Below are positions 33,733 through 43,882 of a DNA stretch of 64,000 nt, in pieces; the first letter of the stretch is position 1, and each line of letters opens with the position of its first letter. This DNA comes from an uncultured Gemmatimonadales bacterium. Its GTDB lineage: Bacteria > Gemmatimonadota > Gemmatimonadetes > Gemmatimonadales > GWC2-71-9. The stretch covers positions 32,001 through 96,000 of the forward strand of contig CAVVKJ010000006.1 of the NCBI GenBank assembly GCA_963748815.1, written 5' to 3'. Below the pieces are notes generated by a model. It was not told the origin of the DNA. It searched no databases and worked only from the letters and a program-made list of their open reading frames with translations. A program made the translations under genes and the position numbers.

Positions 33733-35850
33733 TCAGCGCCGCGCGTGAAGCCGGGCCTTGAGGCGTTCGACTTCGGCGCGCAACTCCGCCAGGTCGGCGT
33801 CCATCCGTTCGAGCGAGCGCATCAAGTCCACTTCGAACGGGACGGCCGAGCCCGGTTCCCTGGTCGGGACGTCCACGTGGACCGGCTCGCTGGGTGGCAG
33901 CGGATCGGGAACCAGCTCCTGCGTGACGCGCAGGCGGCGCGGCTCGAGATAGAAGGTCCAGATCAGGGCGCCGACGAACAGCAGCACCAGTATCCCCTGC
34001 GCGCTCAGCGACTCCACGGTCCGGTAGATCCCCAGCCGCTCGATCTGCGGCGCCCACGACACCACCGTGATCGGCACCACCCCGCCCCCCTGCAGCTCGG
34101 CGATGCCCTTCCCGAGGAACACGAACGCCATGTAGTAGAGGAAGGCGCTCGTGACGCCGAAGAACGGCTTGAGCGGCAGCCGGACGCCGAACCGATTGAT
34201 CAGCACGTACACGATCGCCAGCACGACCGAGGCGGCGGCGATCCCGAGCACCACCGGCCAGACCGCGCCCGAGGCCGGCCCGGCGACCAGCAGCGCCTTG
34301 TAGAAGAGGACCGTCTCCACCCCCTCCCGGTACACCGCCAGGAACGCCACCGAGGGCAGCGCGAACATCGACCCGGAGACCAGCGCGTCCTGCACCTTGC
34401 CCTTCACGAACCGATTCCACTTGGCGACTTCCATCTTCGAGAGCAGCCAGTAGCTCACATAGAAGAGGGCGACCGTCGCCACGAGCATCGTGATGCCCTC
34501 GAGCACCTCCTGGCTGGCCGGCGAGAAGCGGAAGATGGTCTCGAACGCCACCGCCGTGAGCAGGCTGACGACGATGGCCGCACCAACGCCGATGTGGATG
34601 TCCCGCCGGCGCTGCGCATTGCCCGTCTTCACGAGGAACGCGATCAGCGCGCCGATGAGCAGGATCGCCTCCAGCCCCTCCCGCAGCAGGATGACGAACG
34701 ACTGGACGAAGAGGTCCGTGGTGGTCATCGGTTTGCCGAGGATCCGCTCGGCGCGGGCGAGCCCGGCGGCCAACTCGGCGCGGAGCGACTCCAGCTCGGC
34801 CGGCGTGGCCCCCCCGCCCGCCCGGCCCCGGAGCGTCGCAAACCCGGCCTCGAGCTGCCCCGCGAGCGACGGGTCGATGGCGCGGAGCCCGGACTCGACC
34901 TGCTCGAAGGTCAGGTAGGCCTCGAAGGCCTCGCCGCTGGCCCGCTCGCTCTGCCCGGCGGCAGCCAGCACCAGCACGGAATCGAGCTTCCGGTTCACGT
35001 CGGCGAAGATCGCCTCGGCCTGCACCCCCGACTCCTGGGACTGGAAGCTCCGGACCGCGGCGATGGCCGGTGCGGCCCGGTCGAGCGGAGCGCCCAACGC
35101 CTCGGCGATTTGCCGGTCGGACATCCGTGCCGTGGTGCCGAAGGGTCGGAGTCCGGCGGGGACGTCACCCGCCGGCGCGGGATACCGCAGGAGGGTGGCA
35201 TATGCAGCGGCGGCCCAGCGGTCCGCGGCGCTCAGCCGAGTCTCGAAGGCGGGCATCGCGGTCCCCGCGACTCCGATCGTGACGCGGCGGTAGAAATCGA
35301 GTGGCGAAACATCCACTAGGCGCACGCCATCGGTCAGCGCGGAAGGTGGCGGGGTCAGCCCGAGGCCGGCCGGGCCATCGCCTCGGCCGGCCGGGCCATG
35401 ACAGTCGGCGCAATGCTGCTGATACACCTGCGCCCCGCGCGCGAGCGGGGGCGCCGTCCCCGGGACCTGGTCGACGTCGACGCGGTAGCGCTCCGCGAGA
35501 CCGCCCGTGACAGTGCGCGCGCCGACGGCCACCGAATCGGGATCCGCCGTCCGGGCGACCGCCGCGATCAGCTGATCAATGGCCTTGATAGTCGATGCCG
35601 AGGACTCTGGCGGGAGTCGCTCGGCGGTCCGGCGGGCCTCGGCGAGGAAGAGGTTGGCCTCCTCGACCTCGGCGGGAGAGATGACCCGCCCCTCCGAGAC
35701 GCCGATCCGGTACTCCTGCGCCGCGAGCTGGACGGTCGTCGCGATCCGTTGCACGATGGGCGCGAGGTCCGCGGCAGGCTGCACCGACTGCACCCCCTGC
35801 TGGGGGGCGGCGGCGAGGAGAACTGAGGCGGCTACAGAGATGAGAATCAT
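33733..35850 (-). CDS. Cytochrome c / FTR1-family iron permease fusion
   Basis: Signal peptide, CADCH haem motif, two RExxE motifs (REGLE, REGVE), multiple TM helices. Confidence 0.93.
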   Translation of the reverse strand: MILISVAASVLLAAAPQQGVQSVQPAADLAPIVQRIATTVQLAAQEYRIGVSEGRVISPAEVEEANLFLAEARRTAERLPPESSASTIKAIDQLIAAVARTADPDSVAVGARTVTGGLAERYRVDVDQVPGTAPPLARGAQVYQQHCADCHGPAGRGDGPAGLGLTPPPSALTDGVRLVDVSPLDFYRRVTIGVAGTAMPAFETRLSAADRWAAAAYATLLRYPAPAGDVPAGLRPFGTTARMSDRQIAEALGAPLDRAAPAIAAVRSFQSQESGVQAEAIFADVNRKLDSVLVLAAAGQSERASGEAFEAYLTFEQVESGLRAIDPSLAGQLEAGFATLRGRAGGGATPAELESLRAELAAGLARAERILGKPMTTTDLFVQSFVILLREGLEAILLIGALIAFLVKTGNAQRRRDIHIGVGAAIVVSLLTAVAFETIFRFSPASQEVLEGITMLVATVALFYVSYWLLSKMEVAKWNRFVKGKVQDALVSGSMFALPSVAFLAVYREGVETVLFYKALLVAGPASGAVWPVVLGIAAASVVLAIVYVLINRFGVRLPLKPFFGVTSAFLYYMAFVFLGKGIAELQGGGVVPITVVSWAPQIERLGIYRTVESLSAQGILVLLFVGALIWTFYLEPRRLRVTQELVPDPLPPSEPVHVDVPTREPGSAVPFEVDLMRSLERMDADLAELRAEVERLKARLHARR

Positions 35851-35855
35851 TATCA
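35841..35855. promoter_or_regulatory. Fur box overlapping the start of the iron permease
   Basis: Minus strand TGATAAT-G-ATTCTCA versus the 7-1-7 consensus TGATAATnATTATCA (one mismatch). Confidence 0.75.
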
Positions 35856-35904
35856 AGTCGTTTAGTCGGCGAAGCTGGAAAGTAGAGTGCGCCGCTCGGA
35901 TTCG

Positions 35905-36288
35905 CTAGGGCTGGTTTCGGGAGAGAACAACCACCGCGCCGGCCACGCCATGCGTGTGGCTCAGCGAGAGCATCAGCTCGTACTCGGCCGGCACCCCGGC
36001 CGCGAGGCCGTGCAGGAGGAGCCGCGGCCTCCCTTCCGGCTCACGGATCACCTCCAGCTCCTGCCAGCCGACCGCCCGCATGCCGGGCAACGATTGCAGC
36101 GCCTTGTACGCCGCCTCCTTCGCCGCCACACGCACCGCGAAGTTGGGCGCGGGGTCGGCTTGCCGCAGGACATACTCCCGCTCACCCTCGGTCAGGAATC
36201 GCGAGAGCGCGCGTTCCCCGAACTTCGAGAGAATGCGGCGTGCCCGCTCCACCTCGACCAGGTCGATGCCGACGCCGATCACGCTCAC
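35905..36288 (-). CDS. acpS: Holo-[acyl-carrier-protein] synthase
   Basis: GVGIDLVE, AAKEAAYKAL, GRP, LSLSH; GTGA overlap at 36288. Confidence 0.93.
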   Translation of the reverse strand: MSVIGVGIDLVEVERARRILSKFGERALSRFLTEGEREYVLRQADPAPNFAVRVAAKEAAYKALQSLPGMRAVGWQELEVIREPEGRPRLLLHGLAAGVPAEYELMLSLSHTHGVAGAVVVLSRNQP

Positions 36289-36977
36289 ATCCGGCCCCAC
36301 AGGAACTCGGCCAGCGGTCGCAACGGGTCCGGCACCGGCAGGTATCCGCCGAGGAGCAGCCCCGCCCAGAGCGCAGCGGCGAGCACCACGCCGGTCAGGG
36401 TCCAGAGTGGCCAGCGAGGGCGACGCCACGCCGCCACTGATGCGATGTCCCCCTCCCATTCCGCCATCTCGTGTTCCGCGGCGGCGGTCAATGCCGCCCA
36501 CGCACTTTCCAACCGCCGCGCGGTGGCCAGCACCTGCGGCCCCCACCGTGCGGCCGGCGCCTGCTCCAGTTCGGTGGCCGCGCGCAGCAGGGCGCCGGCC
36601 CCGGCGCCCAGGCGGGCGTGGATGGCTCGGTGCTCGGAGGGAGTGATGCGGTGTCGCTCCACCCGCCAGGCCGGCATGCGCGCAGCCACCGCGGCCGAGG
36701 TGATCCGCGCCTCCAATTTCTCGATCAGGACCGCGGCCGCCTCCTCAGCGGCGGCGTCCCAGCAACTGGCCCATACCATCGGCGCGAGGGCCTCGCGGGC
36801 CGCCACGTCGTGGCCGGCCGCCAGCGCTGCGCGCGCCTCGCCAGCGGCCTCGAGGAGCCGCGTCACCAGGGAAAGACGCACCGCCGCGAGCAGCGCGTCG
36901 ATGCCGCCCGGCGCGGCAGGATGCACGAGGCGCCCAAGCGCCGGGCCGAGCTCCGGCAGGACAGGTCTGGTGTTCAC
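36285..36977 (-). CDS. Hypothetical protein with a C-terminal membrane anchor
   Basis: GTGA overlaps at both ends; Ala-rich helical body, then WRRPRWPLW plus a TM segment. Confidence 0.7.
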   Translation of the reverse strand: MNTRPVLPELGPALGRLVHPAAPGGIDALLAAVRLSLVTRLLEAAGEARAALAAGHDVAAREALAPMVWASCWDAAAEEAAAVLIEKLEARITSAAVAARMPAWRVERHRITPSEHRAIHARLGAGAGALLRAATELEQAPAARWGPQVLATARRLESAWAALTAAAEHEMAEWEGDIASVAAWRRPRWPLWTLTGVVLAAALWAGLLLGGYLPVPDPLRPLAEFLWGRM

Positions 36978-37591
36978 CGACGTTCCCACTGTGGGCGCCT
37001 CCCCTTGAGATCGGCGACGGCGAGCGCGGCCCGTTCGCCGGATCGCGCCTCGTACCTGCGCACGAACTCCACCAGCGGTTCCGGCTCGAACGCCGCGCGC
37101 GGAAGGCCGGTCACACCCAGCGCTGCCTCGATGGCCGTGGCCGTGCCCTCGACCTCGACCAGCACGTCCATGAGCGGATACCACTCGAGCCGCACCTCCG
37201 CGTCGCGCACGCGATAGACCTCGACGAACCGGTCGACCGACTTGATGACGCCGTAGCCGAGGGCGGCGAGAATGCCGGTGGCCGTCCCGCCGTCTCCCTC
37301 GACGGCGCACTCCATCTCGTCGCGCAGCTTGTATCCCTCCGGCGACCGGCGGGTCGGTCCCTTCCACGCCATGTGGGCGTGGGCCGGCCCTCCCTCAGGA
37401 CGCCAGGTCCGTATGCGGAGGACTTCGTCGCGGTCGCGCAGTGTGCCATCCACGTCGAATATTCGGTCTTCCATCAACCCCTTGAACGTCGCCTCCGCGC
37501 CGGACTCGACGAGGTGCCGCCGCAGCAGCCCCGCGTCGGGGACCACCGCCTTCAGCTCGAGTTCGGGATTGGCGCCGGGCATCCCGCTCAC
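36974..37591 (-). CDS. CYTH-domain protein (class IV adenylate cyclase/triphosphatase family)
   Basis: N-terminal ELELK (ExExK), VLRIR, WKGP, LVEVEG. Confidence 0.82.
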   Translation of the reverse strand: MSGMPGANPELELKAVVPDAGLLRRHLVESGAEATFKGLMEDRIFDVDGTLRDRDEVLRIRTWRPEGGPAHAHMAWKGPTRRSPEGYKLRDEMECAVEGDGGTATGILAALGYGVIKSVDRFVEVYRVRDAEVRLEWYPLMDVLVEVEGTATAIEAALGVTGLPRAAFEPEPLVEFVRRYEARSGERAALAVADLKGRRPQWERR

Positions 37592-38286
37592 GAGAGAATC
37601 GCCTCGAGTACCGCGTCGGTGTCCGACAAATCGTCGAACGCCGCGCGCGCGCCGGCGTCGCGCAACGCCGCCACCGCGTAGCTGCCGGTCGCCACCGCCA
37701 CCGCGCGGGCGCCGATGTCGCGACCGCAGGTCACGTCCGCGGGCGTGTCGCCGACGATGACCACCGTTTCCCCCGCCGGCACCCGGCCGAAGATCGGCGC
37801 GGCGCGTTCCGCGGCGATGGCGGGGAGATCGGGTCGGTGCGAGGAGTCGGACCCGTAGGCCCCGACCCGAAAGCGGGCGGGATCGAGCCCGGCCGATCGC
37901 AGTTTGAGCCCCGCCCCCTGCACGATGTTCCCGGTGAGGAGTCCGAGCACCACGTCGGCCTGCGCCTCCAGCCGGTCGAGCAGCGCCGGCACGCCCGGGA
38001 GGACGCGGGTCCGCGCCGCCGAGCGGGCCAACTCCTCCTCCAGGAGGACCAGGTACCGCTCGAGAATGTCGGCGACCGCAGCGGGGTCACCCGCGGAGGC
38101 GTCGCCCGCGGCCTCGAGCATTTCGCGCACGATCTGCGGATCGGTCTTGCCGTCGAACCGGATTCCCTCCCACACCTTGGCGTCGAGCATTCGGCCGGCC
38201 ATCGCGGTGGTGATGGCCCGCCGGCCGGCGCCGGGGGTGAGGAGGAGTGTGCCGTCGATGTCGAAGAGGACGAGGAGGCGGGTCAT
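37588..38286 (-). CDS. HAD-superfamily hydrolase
   Basis: LFDIDGTLL, GKTD, LLTGN, VGDTPADV, AVATG. Confidence 0.92.
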   Translation of the reverse strand: MTRLLVLFDIDGTLLLTPGAGRRAITTAMAGRMLDAKVWEGIRFDGKTDPQIVREMLEAAGDASAGDPAAVADILERYLVLLEEELARSAARTRVLPGVPALLDRLEAQADVVLGLLTGNIVQGAGLKLRSAGLDPARFRVGAYGSDSSHRPDLPAIAAERAAPIFGRVPAGETVVIVGDTPADVTCGRDIGARAVAVATGSYAVAALRDAGARAAFDDLSDTDAVLEAILS

Positions 38287-39077
38287 CCGGTGGCGGCAGC
38301 TCCCGGAACCCGACGGGCGGTGACGAAGTGCTCGCGGAGGTGCGCGGCGCGATGCCCCGGAGCCCACGACTCGCGCAGGACGCCGCCGCACGACACCGTC
38401 GAATGGACCAGGGTGTCGTCGTGGCCGGCAAACGCCACGTGGGTGACGCTCCGTCCGTTCTCGCTGAAGAAGAGGAGATCCCCCACGCGGACCGCGTCGA
38501 GCGCCACCTCGGCGCCGACCAGCGCCTGCGCCGACGAATCCCGCGGCAGCGACACCCCGCGGGCCGCGAAGGTGGTCTGCACCAGCCCCGAACAGTCCAC
38601 CCCGGCGTCGGTGACTCCGCCCCACTGGTACGGCGCGCCGGAGAACGCCTCCAACGCCCACTGTTCCGCCGGGACGGCGCGCGCCGCGCGCGCGAGTTCA
38701 TCGGCCGGGAGGATGTGCCCCTGGGTGAGCGAGCCGACGGTGCCGTCGGGGAGCCGGACCCGGCCGTGCTCCAGCGCCGCGCGGGCCCGGACGGGAATCC
38801 GCCGGTGCCCGGCCGCCGTCTCGATTTCGGCTCCCGTCGACCACCCCGTCGCCTCCTCCCGCCACCGCGCCGCATCCTCCGCGGTCACGTCGCGGAGGTA
38901 GCCCCGGTGGGCCCACCCCTCGTAGTGATCGACGGCGGTCCGGATCCGATACCAGGTGCCGGTGGTCTCGAGCAGCTCGGCGGTTTCCCCGAGGACCAGC
39001 TGCGTCACCTGTTCGGTCCGCAGCGACGCCTCCCGGAAGAGGGGAACGACCGCGGCATGTGCGATGACGGCATTCAC
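38283..39077 (-). CDS. SH3 plus NlpC/P60 peptidoglycan peptidase (YkfC-like)
   Basis: TQLVLGE...WYRI...YEGW (SH3b); GAPYQWGG, DCSGLVQ, LPRDS, GDLLFF, THVA. Confidence 0.9.
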   Translation of the reverse strand: MNAVIAHAAVVPLFREASLRTEQVTQLVLGETAELLETTGTWYRIRTAVDHYEGWAHRGYLRDVTAEDAARWREEATGWSTGAEIETAAGHRRIPVRARAALEHGRVRLPDGTVGSLTQGHILPADELARAARAVPAEQWALEAFSGAPYQWGGVTDAGVDCSGLVQTTFAARGVSLPRDSSAQALVGAEVALDAVRVGDLLFFSENGRSVTHVAFAGHDDTLVHSTVSCGGVLRESWAPGHRAAHLREHFVTARRVPGAAATG

Positions 39078-39253
39078 GCGGGGCTCGCCTTGGCGTGCTT
39101 GGCCTGGCAGGGCGCGCAGCGCTCGACGCCCCGGAAGGCGCAGATCAGGCAGATGAAGGTGCCGCACTCGATGCAGGGGTACCCCTCGGACGCGCGCTCC
39201 TCCCGGCCGCAGGCGCGGCACTGCATCGCGTCGTGTTCGTGGATGTCCGCCAT
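39074..39253 (-). CDS. Small protein with four CxxC pairs (59 aa)
   Basis: MADIHEHDAMQCRACGREERASEGYPCIECGTFICLICAFRGVERCAPCQAKHAKASPA. GGAGG RBS; GTGA overlap with the NlpC/P60 gene. Confidence 0.85.
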   Translation of the reverse strand: MADIHEHDAMQCRACGREERASEGYPCIECGTFICLICAFRGVERCAPCQAKHAKASPA

Positions 39254-39264
39254 GCGGCCTCCGC

Positions 39265-40611
39265 TCAGATGTCCAGGTTCCAGCGCTTGATCTTGTTGAT
39301 CAGCGTGGCGCGCGAGATGCCCAGCTCCAGCGCCGAGCGGGTGCGATTCCCGCCGTGGTGCCGCAGCGTCCGTTCGATGTGCTGGCGTTCCAGTTCCTCG
39401 AGGGCCAGCGGCGTGTGCCGGCGGTCGCCAGGTCCGGGGCGGGCCCGGAACTCGCCGGGCAGGTGCTCGACGCCGACCGCCGCCTGCCCCCGACCGAGGA
39501 TGAGCGCCCGCTCGAGCACGTTCCGCATTTCGCGCACGTTGCCCGGCCAGCCGTAGCCGAGGAGGCGCTCGAGCGACTCCGCGCCGACTTCCGGCGGTCC
39601 GTCCGGCAACTCGGTGCGCAGGTCGTTGAAGATCCGGGTGATCAGCGCGAGCCGGTCGTCGCGGGAGCGCTCCCGGACCGCCGGCAGCCGCACCGGCATG
39701 ACGCTCAGCCGATAGTACAGGTCCTCGCGAAACCGGCCCGCCTCGACCTCGGCGGCCAGGTCCTTGTTGGTCGCGGCGACCAGTCGCACATCCACCGTGA
39801 TTTCCCGGGTGCCGCCCAGCCGCCGGAAGGTCTTGGTCTCGAGCACCTTCAGGAGCTTCGGCTGGAGCTCCAGCGACAGGTCGCCAATCTCGTCGAGGAA
39901 GATCGTCCCGCGATCGGCGATCTCGAAGAGTCCCTGCTTCCGGTCTTTCGCGTCGGTGAAGGCCCCCTTCTCGTGGCCGAACAGCTCGGAATCGAGGAAG
40001 GTGGCGCTGAGCCCGGCGCAGTTGACCTCCACGAACGGCATCCGCGCACGCGGGCCGAGGTTGTGGATCATCCGCGCGACCCAGCCTTTGCCGCTACCGC
40101 TCTCCCCCAGCAGGAGGACGGTGGTGCGCTCGCTCTGCGCCAGCAGGGAAATCTGGTGGGCGAACGCCTTCATCGTCGCCGAGCCGCCAAGCGAGTCGAG
40201 CCCGTGCCCGGCGCCCCCCTGATTGACCAGCGCCTCGTTGACGCGCCGGAGCCGGGCCTTGTCCGCCACCCGCGCGGCGGCCGCCGACAGGTGCGTCATG
40301 TCCACCGGCTTCGAGAGGAAATTCTCCGCGCCCAGCTGCATGGCCCGCACCGCGGTAGGGACGTCGCTGTTTCCCGTGAGCAGGATGACCCCCGCGTCCC
40401 GTTCACGGAGCTTTTCCAGCACCTCGAGGCCGTCCATGCCGGGGAGGTGCAGGTCGAGCATCACGACGTCGGGGTGCAGCCGGTCGTACGTGGCCAGCCC
40501 GGCCTCCCCGCTGAGTTCGCGGGTGACCTCCCAGCCGAGCTGCTCGAAGTAATTGCCGATCGCGCGGAGGACGTCCGTGTCGTCGTCGATCAGCAGGACG
40601 GAACCGATCAT
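39265..40611 (-). CDS. NtrC/AtoC-family sigma54-dependent response regulator
   Basis: REC (IDDD, LDLHLPG, KP), GESGSGK, GAFTDA, FLDEIG, WPGNVREM, Fis-type HTH. Confidence 0.96.
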   Translation of the reverse strand: MIGSVLLIDDDTDVLRAIGNYFEQLGWEVTRELSGEAGLATYDRLHPDVVMLDLHLPGMDGLEVLEKLRERDAGVILLTGNSDVPTAVRAMQLGAENFLSKPVDMTHLSAAAARVADKARLRRVNEALVNQGGAGHGLDSLGGSATMKAFAHQISLLAQSERTTVLLLGESGSGKGWVARMIHNLGPRARMPFVEVNCAGLSATFLDSELFGHEKGAFTDAKDRKQGLFEIADRGTIFLDEIGDLSLELQPKLLKVLETKTFRRLGGTREITVDVRLVAATNKDLAAEVEAGRFREDLYYRLSVMPVRLPAVRERSRDDRLALITRIFNDLRTELPDGPPEVGAESLERLLGYGWPGNVREMRNVLERALILGRGQAAVGVEHLPGEFRARPGPGDRRHTPLALEELERQHIERTLRHHGGNRTRSALELGISRATLINKIKRWNLDI

Positions 40612-40615
40612 CGTG

Positions 40616-43600
40616 TCACCTCGCGCCGCGGCCGGGGTGCCGCGGGAGTTCGAACCAGAGACGCGCCCCGCCCCCCGGGCGGTTCTCGGCGCGGATGTCG
40701 CCGCCGTGGGCGCGGATGATGCCGTGCGAAATCGAGAGCCCGAGCCCGGTGCCCTCGCCGGCAGGCTTCGTGGAGAAGAACGGTTCGAAGATACGCGCCA
40801 TCACGTCCGGCGGAATACCGGACCCGCCATCGAGCACTTCGAGCACCACCATCGGCCCGTCCCCCCACGCCCGCACGGAGCCGGTCGCCCCGGTCGCGCG
40901 CATCGCGTGGGCCCCGTTCGACAAGAGGTTCAGCACCACCTGCCGGATCTGGTCGGGATCGGCGTGGACCGGGGGCAGGTCCGCGGGAATGTCCACCGTC
41001 CAGCGCCCGAGCCGCTCCCCGCTGGCGCTGACCGCGTCGCGCACCAGCGCACCCAGATCGAGCTCCGTCCGGCGGAGCGGCCGCTGCCGCGCAAAGGTCA
41101 GCAGGTCGGTCACGATTTGCGCCGCCCGGGTCGCCTCGGTCCGGATGCTTTCGACCACCCGCCGGCTTCCTTCGTCCAGCGGCTCATCCAGGATGAGCGC
41201 CTGCGCCAGCGCGCTGATGCCGGCCAGGGGATTGTTGAGTTCGTGCGCCACGCCGCTCACCAGGCGGCCGAGCCCCGCCAGCTTCTCCGTCTGCCCGAGT
41301 TGCTCGCGGAGACGCTGTTCGTCGGTCACGTCGCGCGCAATGGCCAGCACGAGGGGAGCCCCGGCCCCTTCCTCCGCGGCGGGCACCGCCACCACCGACG
41401 CCTCGCGCACCACGCCGTCCGGGCGCCGCAGCCGCATGACGAACTCCCTCGGCTCCCCTCCCCGCACCAGCGTCAGCTGCTTGGCAACATACGCCGCCTC
41501 CGCGGGCACCACGAAATCCGCCAGCCTCGGCTCGGCCTCGCCAAACCCGGCGAGCGCGCGCGCGGCGGGATTGACCGAGCGAAGCACCCCGTCCTCGTCC
41601 AGCGTGAAGATGGCGACCGGAACCGTGTCGAACAATGCCCGGTAGCGAACCTCCGAGCGACGCAATTCTTCCGTCGCGACCCGTTCACGGGTGACATCAC
41701 GCATCAGCGCCACCGACCCCCCGGCGCCCTCCACCGGCCCCAGTGGCGCCAGCGACACGGCGAGGAGCCGCCCCTGCCCGTCGGGGCGCACGATCCGCGA
41801 CTCGAACCGCCGGGAACCGGTCCCCCCGTCCAGATCGCCGGGGAGCAGCTCGGCCAGCGGCCGCCCGTGCAGCGCCTCCTCGGGACTCCCGAACAGCTCG
41901 ACCGCGGCGGCGTTGGCGAAGCGGACGTCGCCGTGCGGGTCCGCCAGCACGATCGCGTCGTGCGCCGCCTCGACCACGAGCCGGAATCGCTGCTCGAGCC
42001 GGAGCACCTGGCTGACATCGTCGACCGCGACCACGTGCCCCCCCTCCGGGAGCGGCGTCGCGGTCACGACCAGCGATCGGCCGTCCACCGCCTCGAGCAG
42101 GGTGGTCACCCCCGAGCCCGCCGCGGTCGACAGGGCCACCGGATCCTCCCGCGTCTCGCCGCCGTCGACAAAGAGGCCATGGAACGGACGCCCGACGATT
42201 TCGGTGACCCCCACCCCCGCCAGGTCGGCGACGAATCGGTTGGCGCGCGCGATCCTGCCGGTCGCATCGAGAATGGCGAGCCCGGTGGCGGCCGCGTCGA
42301 ACGCGGTCTGCCACTCGCGCCGGCTCCGGCTGACAAGGTCGAAGAGACGGCTCTTGCCGATGGCCAGCGCCGCCTGGTCGGCAAACGCCACCGCCAGCCG
42401 GCGCTCCTCCGAGGCGTATTCCCTGGGCCGGTCGTGAAAAAAGGCCAGCACACCAATCGTCTCGTTCGCGAAGACCAGCGGCAGGAAGGCCGCGGACGCG
42501 TACCCTTCGGCGTGCACGGCCGCGGCCATCGGCGAGGCGAACTCCCGCCGCGCGTGCTCCACGAAGACCGGCCGGCCGTCGAGCAGCGAGGCCGCGGCAG
42601 GCAGGGCATGGAACTGACGCTCGAAGGCCCGGGCATACGCCTCGGAGAGCCGAATGCGCGCGAGGCAGGCCGCCGAGCGCGCTGCCCGGTCGAGGAGGAA
42701 GACGCCGGTCCGCTCCGCCCCGAAGACCCGCATCCCCTCCTCGGCGAGGAAGTGCGTCGTGCGATCGGCGTCCTCCACGCCGGTGAGAGCGTGCGCCACC
42801 CGGCCCAGCGCGTCGATCTGGTCGAGCCGGGTCAGCAACTCACCGCGGAGCCGAAGCCCGCTGACGGACGCCGCGACCTGGTCGGCCACCGCCTGGAGCA
42901 TCAGCAGGTTGTCCGCCGACGGGACGGTCCACCCGGCATCCGGACCCGACACCGTGAGGACGCCGGTGATCACCGAGCCGAACCGCATCGGCACCATGGC
43001 ACCGGGCCGATGGGGACGCGGCCGCCGCGGATCGGGCGCCGCTTCCGGCTCCCCCTCCAGGTCCGCGCTCGAGCGCGCCACGCCACTGCGCGACACCGCC
43101 ACCTGCGGATCTCGCTCGCCGAGCACGTCACCCACCCGGTAGAGCCGGGCCTCCCGCCCAAGGGCGCCGAGCACCACCAATCCGGGCAGCTGCTCGCCGG
43201 GCCGCCCGGCGACCATCGCCCCCGCGGCCTGGGCGACGGTCAGCGCCGCCTGTAATCCACGCTCGACCATCGCGTCGATCGTGCCGATCGTCGAGAGGTC
43301 GTGCGCCAGTGCCCGGAGCGCCTCGCTCCCCGCCAGCGTCGCCTCGGCGATCGCCTCGGCGGCCCGCGTCGAGTCGACAGTGCGCGTGGCCTGAATGGCG
43401 ATGGCGGCGTGGGCCGCGATGGCGGAGACGACGCCAACCGCCTCGTCGTCGTAGGCGTTCGCCCGGTACGATTGCGTGGACAGGACCCCGAGCAGCCGGT
43501 CGCCGAGCATCATCGGCGCGTGGATGGCCGACTGGCTCGGCTCCTCGGAACCGAAGGGGTTTCCGCGCTCCGCCTCGGTCGCCTCCGGGCGCCCGAGCGC

Positions 43601-43882
43601 GAGCACGCTCCGGTGGCGCACGACCCAACTGGTCGGTCCCCGGCCCAGCGGCGCCTCGGACGGCGGCAGCCGCGTGCCGCGATCGGTGTGCGCCACAAAG
43701 CGAAGGCGCTCCGTGGCGGGGTCGTACAGGGCCACGTAGAAGGCGTCGCAGTCCACGAGGGACGCCACCTGCGCCCGGAGCACGTCGTAGAGCGCGGCGG
43801 GCTCCATCAGCCGGGCCGTCGCCTCGGCGATGGCGGCGAGCACCTCGACCGGGAGCGAGCCGCCGCGATACGATCGGGTCAC
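40616..43882 (-). CDS. Soluble multi-GAF/PAS sensor histidine kinase
   Basis: About three GAF-like and three PAS-like segments; VAHELNNPL, QVVLNLLSN, DGGSGI, FEPFFSTK, GTGLGLS. GTG start at 43882 overlaps the upstream stop. Confidence 0.92.
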   Translation of the reverse strand: MTRSYRGGSLPVEVLAAIAEATARLMEPAALYDVLRAQVASLVDCDAFYVALYDPATERLRFVAHTDRGTRLPPSEAPLGRGPTSWVVRHRSVLALGRPEATEAERGNPFGSEEPSQSAIHAPMMLGDRLLGVLSTQSYRANAYDDEAVGVVSAIAAHAAIAIQATRTVDSTRAAEAIAEATLAGSEALRALAHDLSTIGTIDAMVERGLQAALTVAQAAGAMVAGRPGEQLPGLVVLGALGREARLYRVGDVLGERDPQVAVSRSGVARSSADLEGEPEAAPDPRRPRPHRPGAMVPMRFGSVITGVLTVSGPDAGWTVPSADNLLMLQAVADQVAASVSGLRLRGELLTRLDQIDALGRVAHALTGVEDADRTTHFLAEEGMRVFGAERTGVFLLDRAARSAACLARIRLSEAYARAFERQFHALPAAASLLDGRPVFVEHARREFASPMAAAVHAEGYASAAFLPLVFANETIGVLAFFHDRPREYASEERRLAVAFADQAALAIGKSRLFDLVSRSRREWQTAFDAAATGLAILDATGRIARANRFVADLAGVGVTEIVGRPFHGLFVDGGETREDPVALSTAAGSGVTTLLEAVDGRSLVVTATPLPEGGHVVAVDDVSQVLRLEQRFRLVVEAAHDAIVLADPHGDVRFANAAAVELFGSPEEALHGRPLAELLPGDLDGGTGSRRFESRIVRPDGQGRLLAVSLAPLGPVEGAGGSVALMRDVTRERVATEELRRSEVRYRALFDTVPVAIFTLDEDGVLRSVNPAARALAGFGEAEPRLADFVVPAEAAYVAKQLTLVRGGEPREFVMRLRRPDGVVREASVVAVPAAEEGAGAPLVLAIARDVTDEQRLREQLGQTEKLAGLGRLVSGVAHELNNPLAGISALAQALILDEPLDEGSRRVVESIRTEATRAAQIVTDLLTFARQRPLRRTELDLGALVRDAVSASGERLGRWTVDIPADLPPVHADPDQIRQVVLNLLSNGAHAMRATGATGSVRAWGDGPMVVLEVLDGGSGIPPDVMARIFEPFFSTKPAGEGTGLGLSISHGIIRAHGGDIRAENRPGGGARLWFELPRHPGRGAR

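Noticed and set aside
33416..33748. 110-aa ORF across the AT-rich intergenic region
   Set aside because: TTG start without an RBS, atypical codon usage, and it runs through two hairpins and a promoter.
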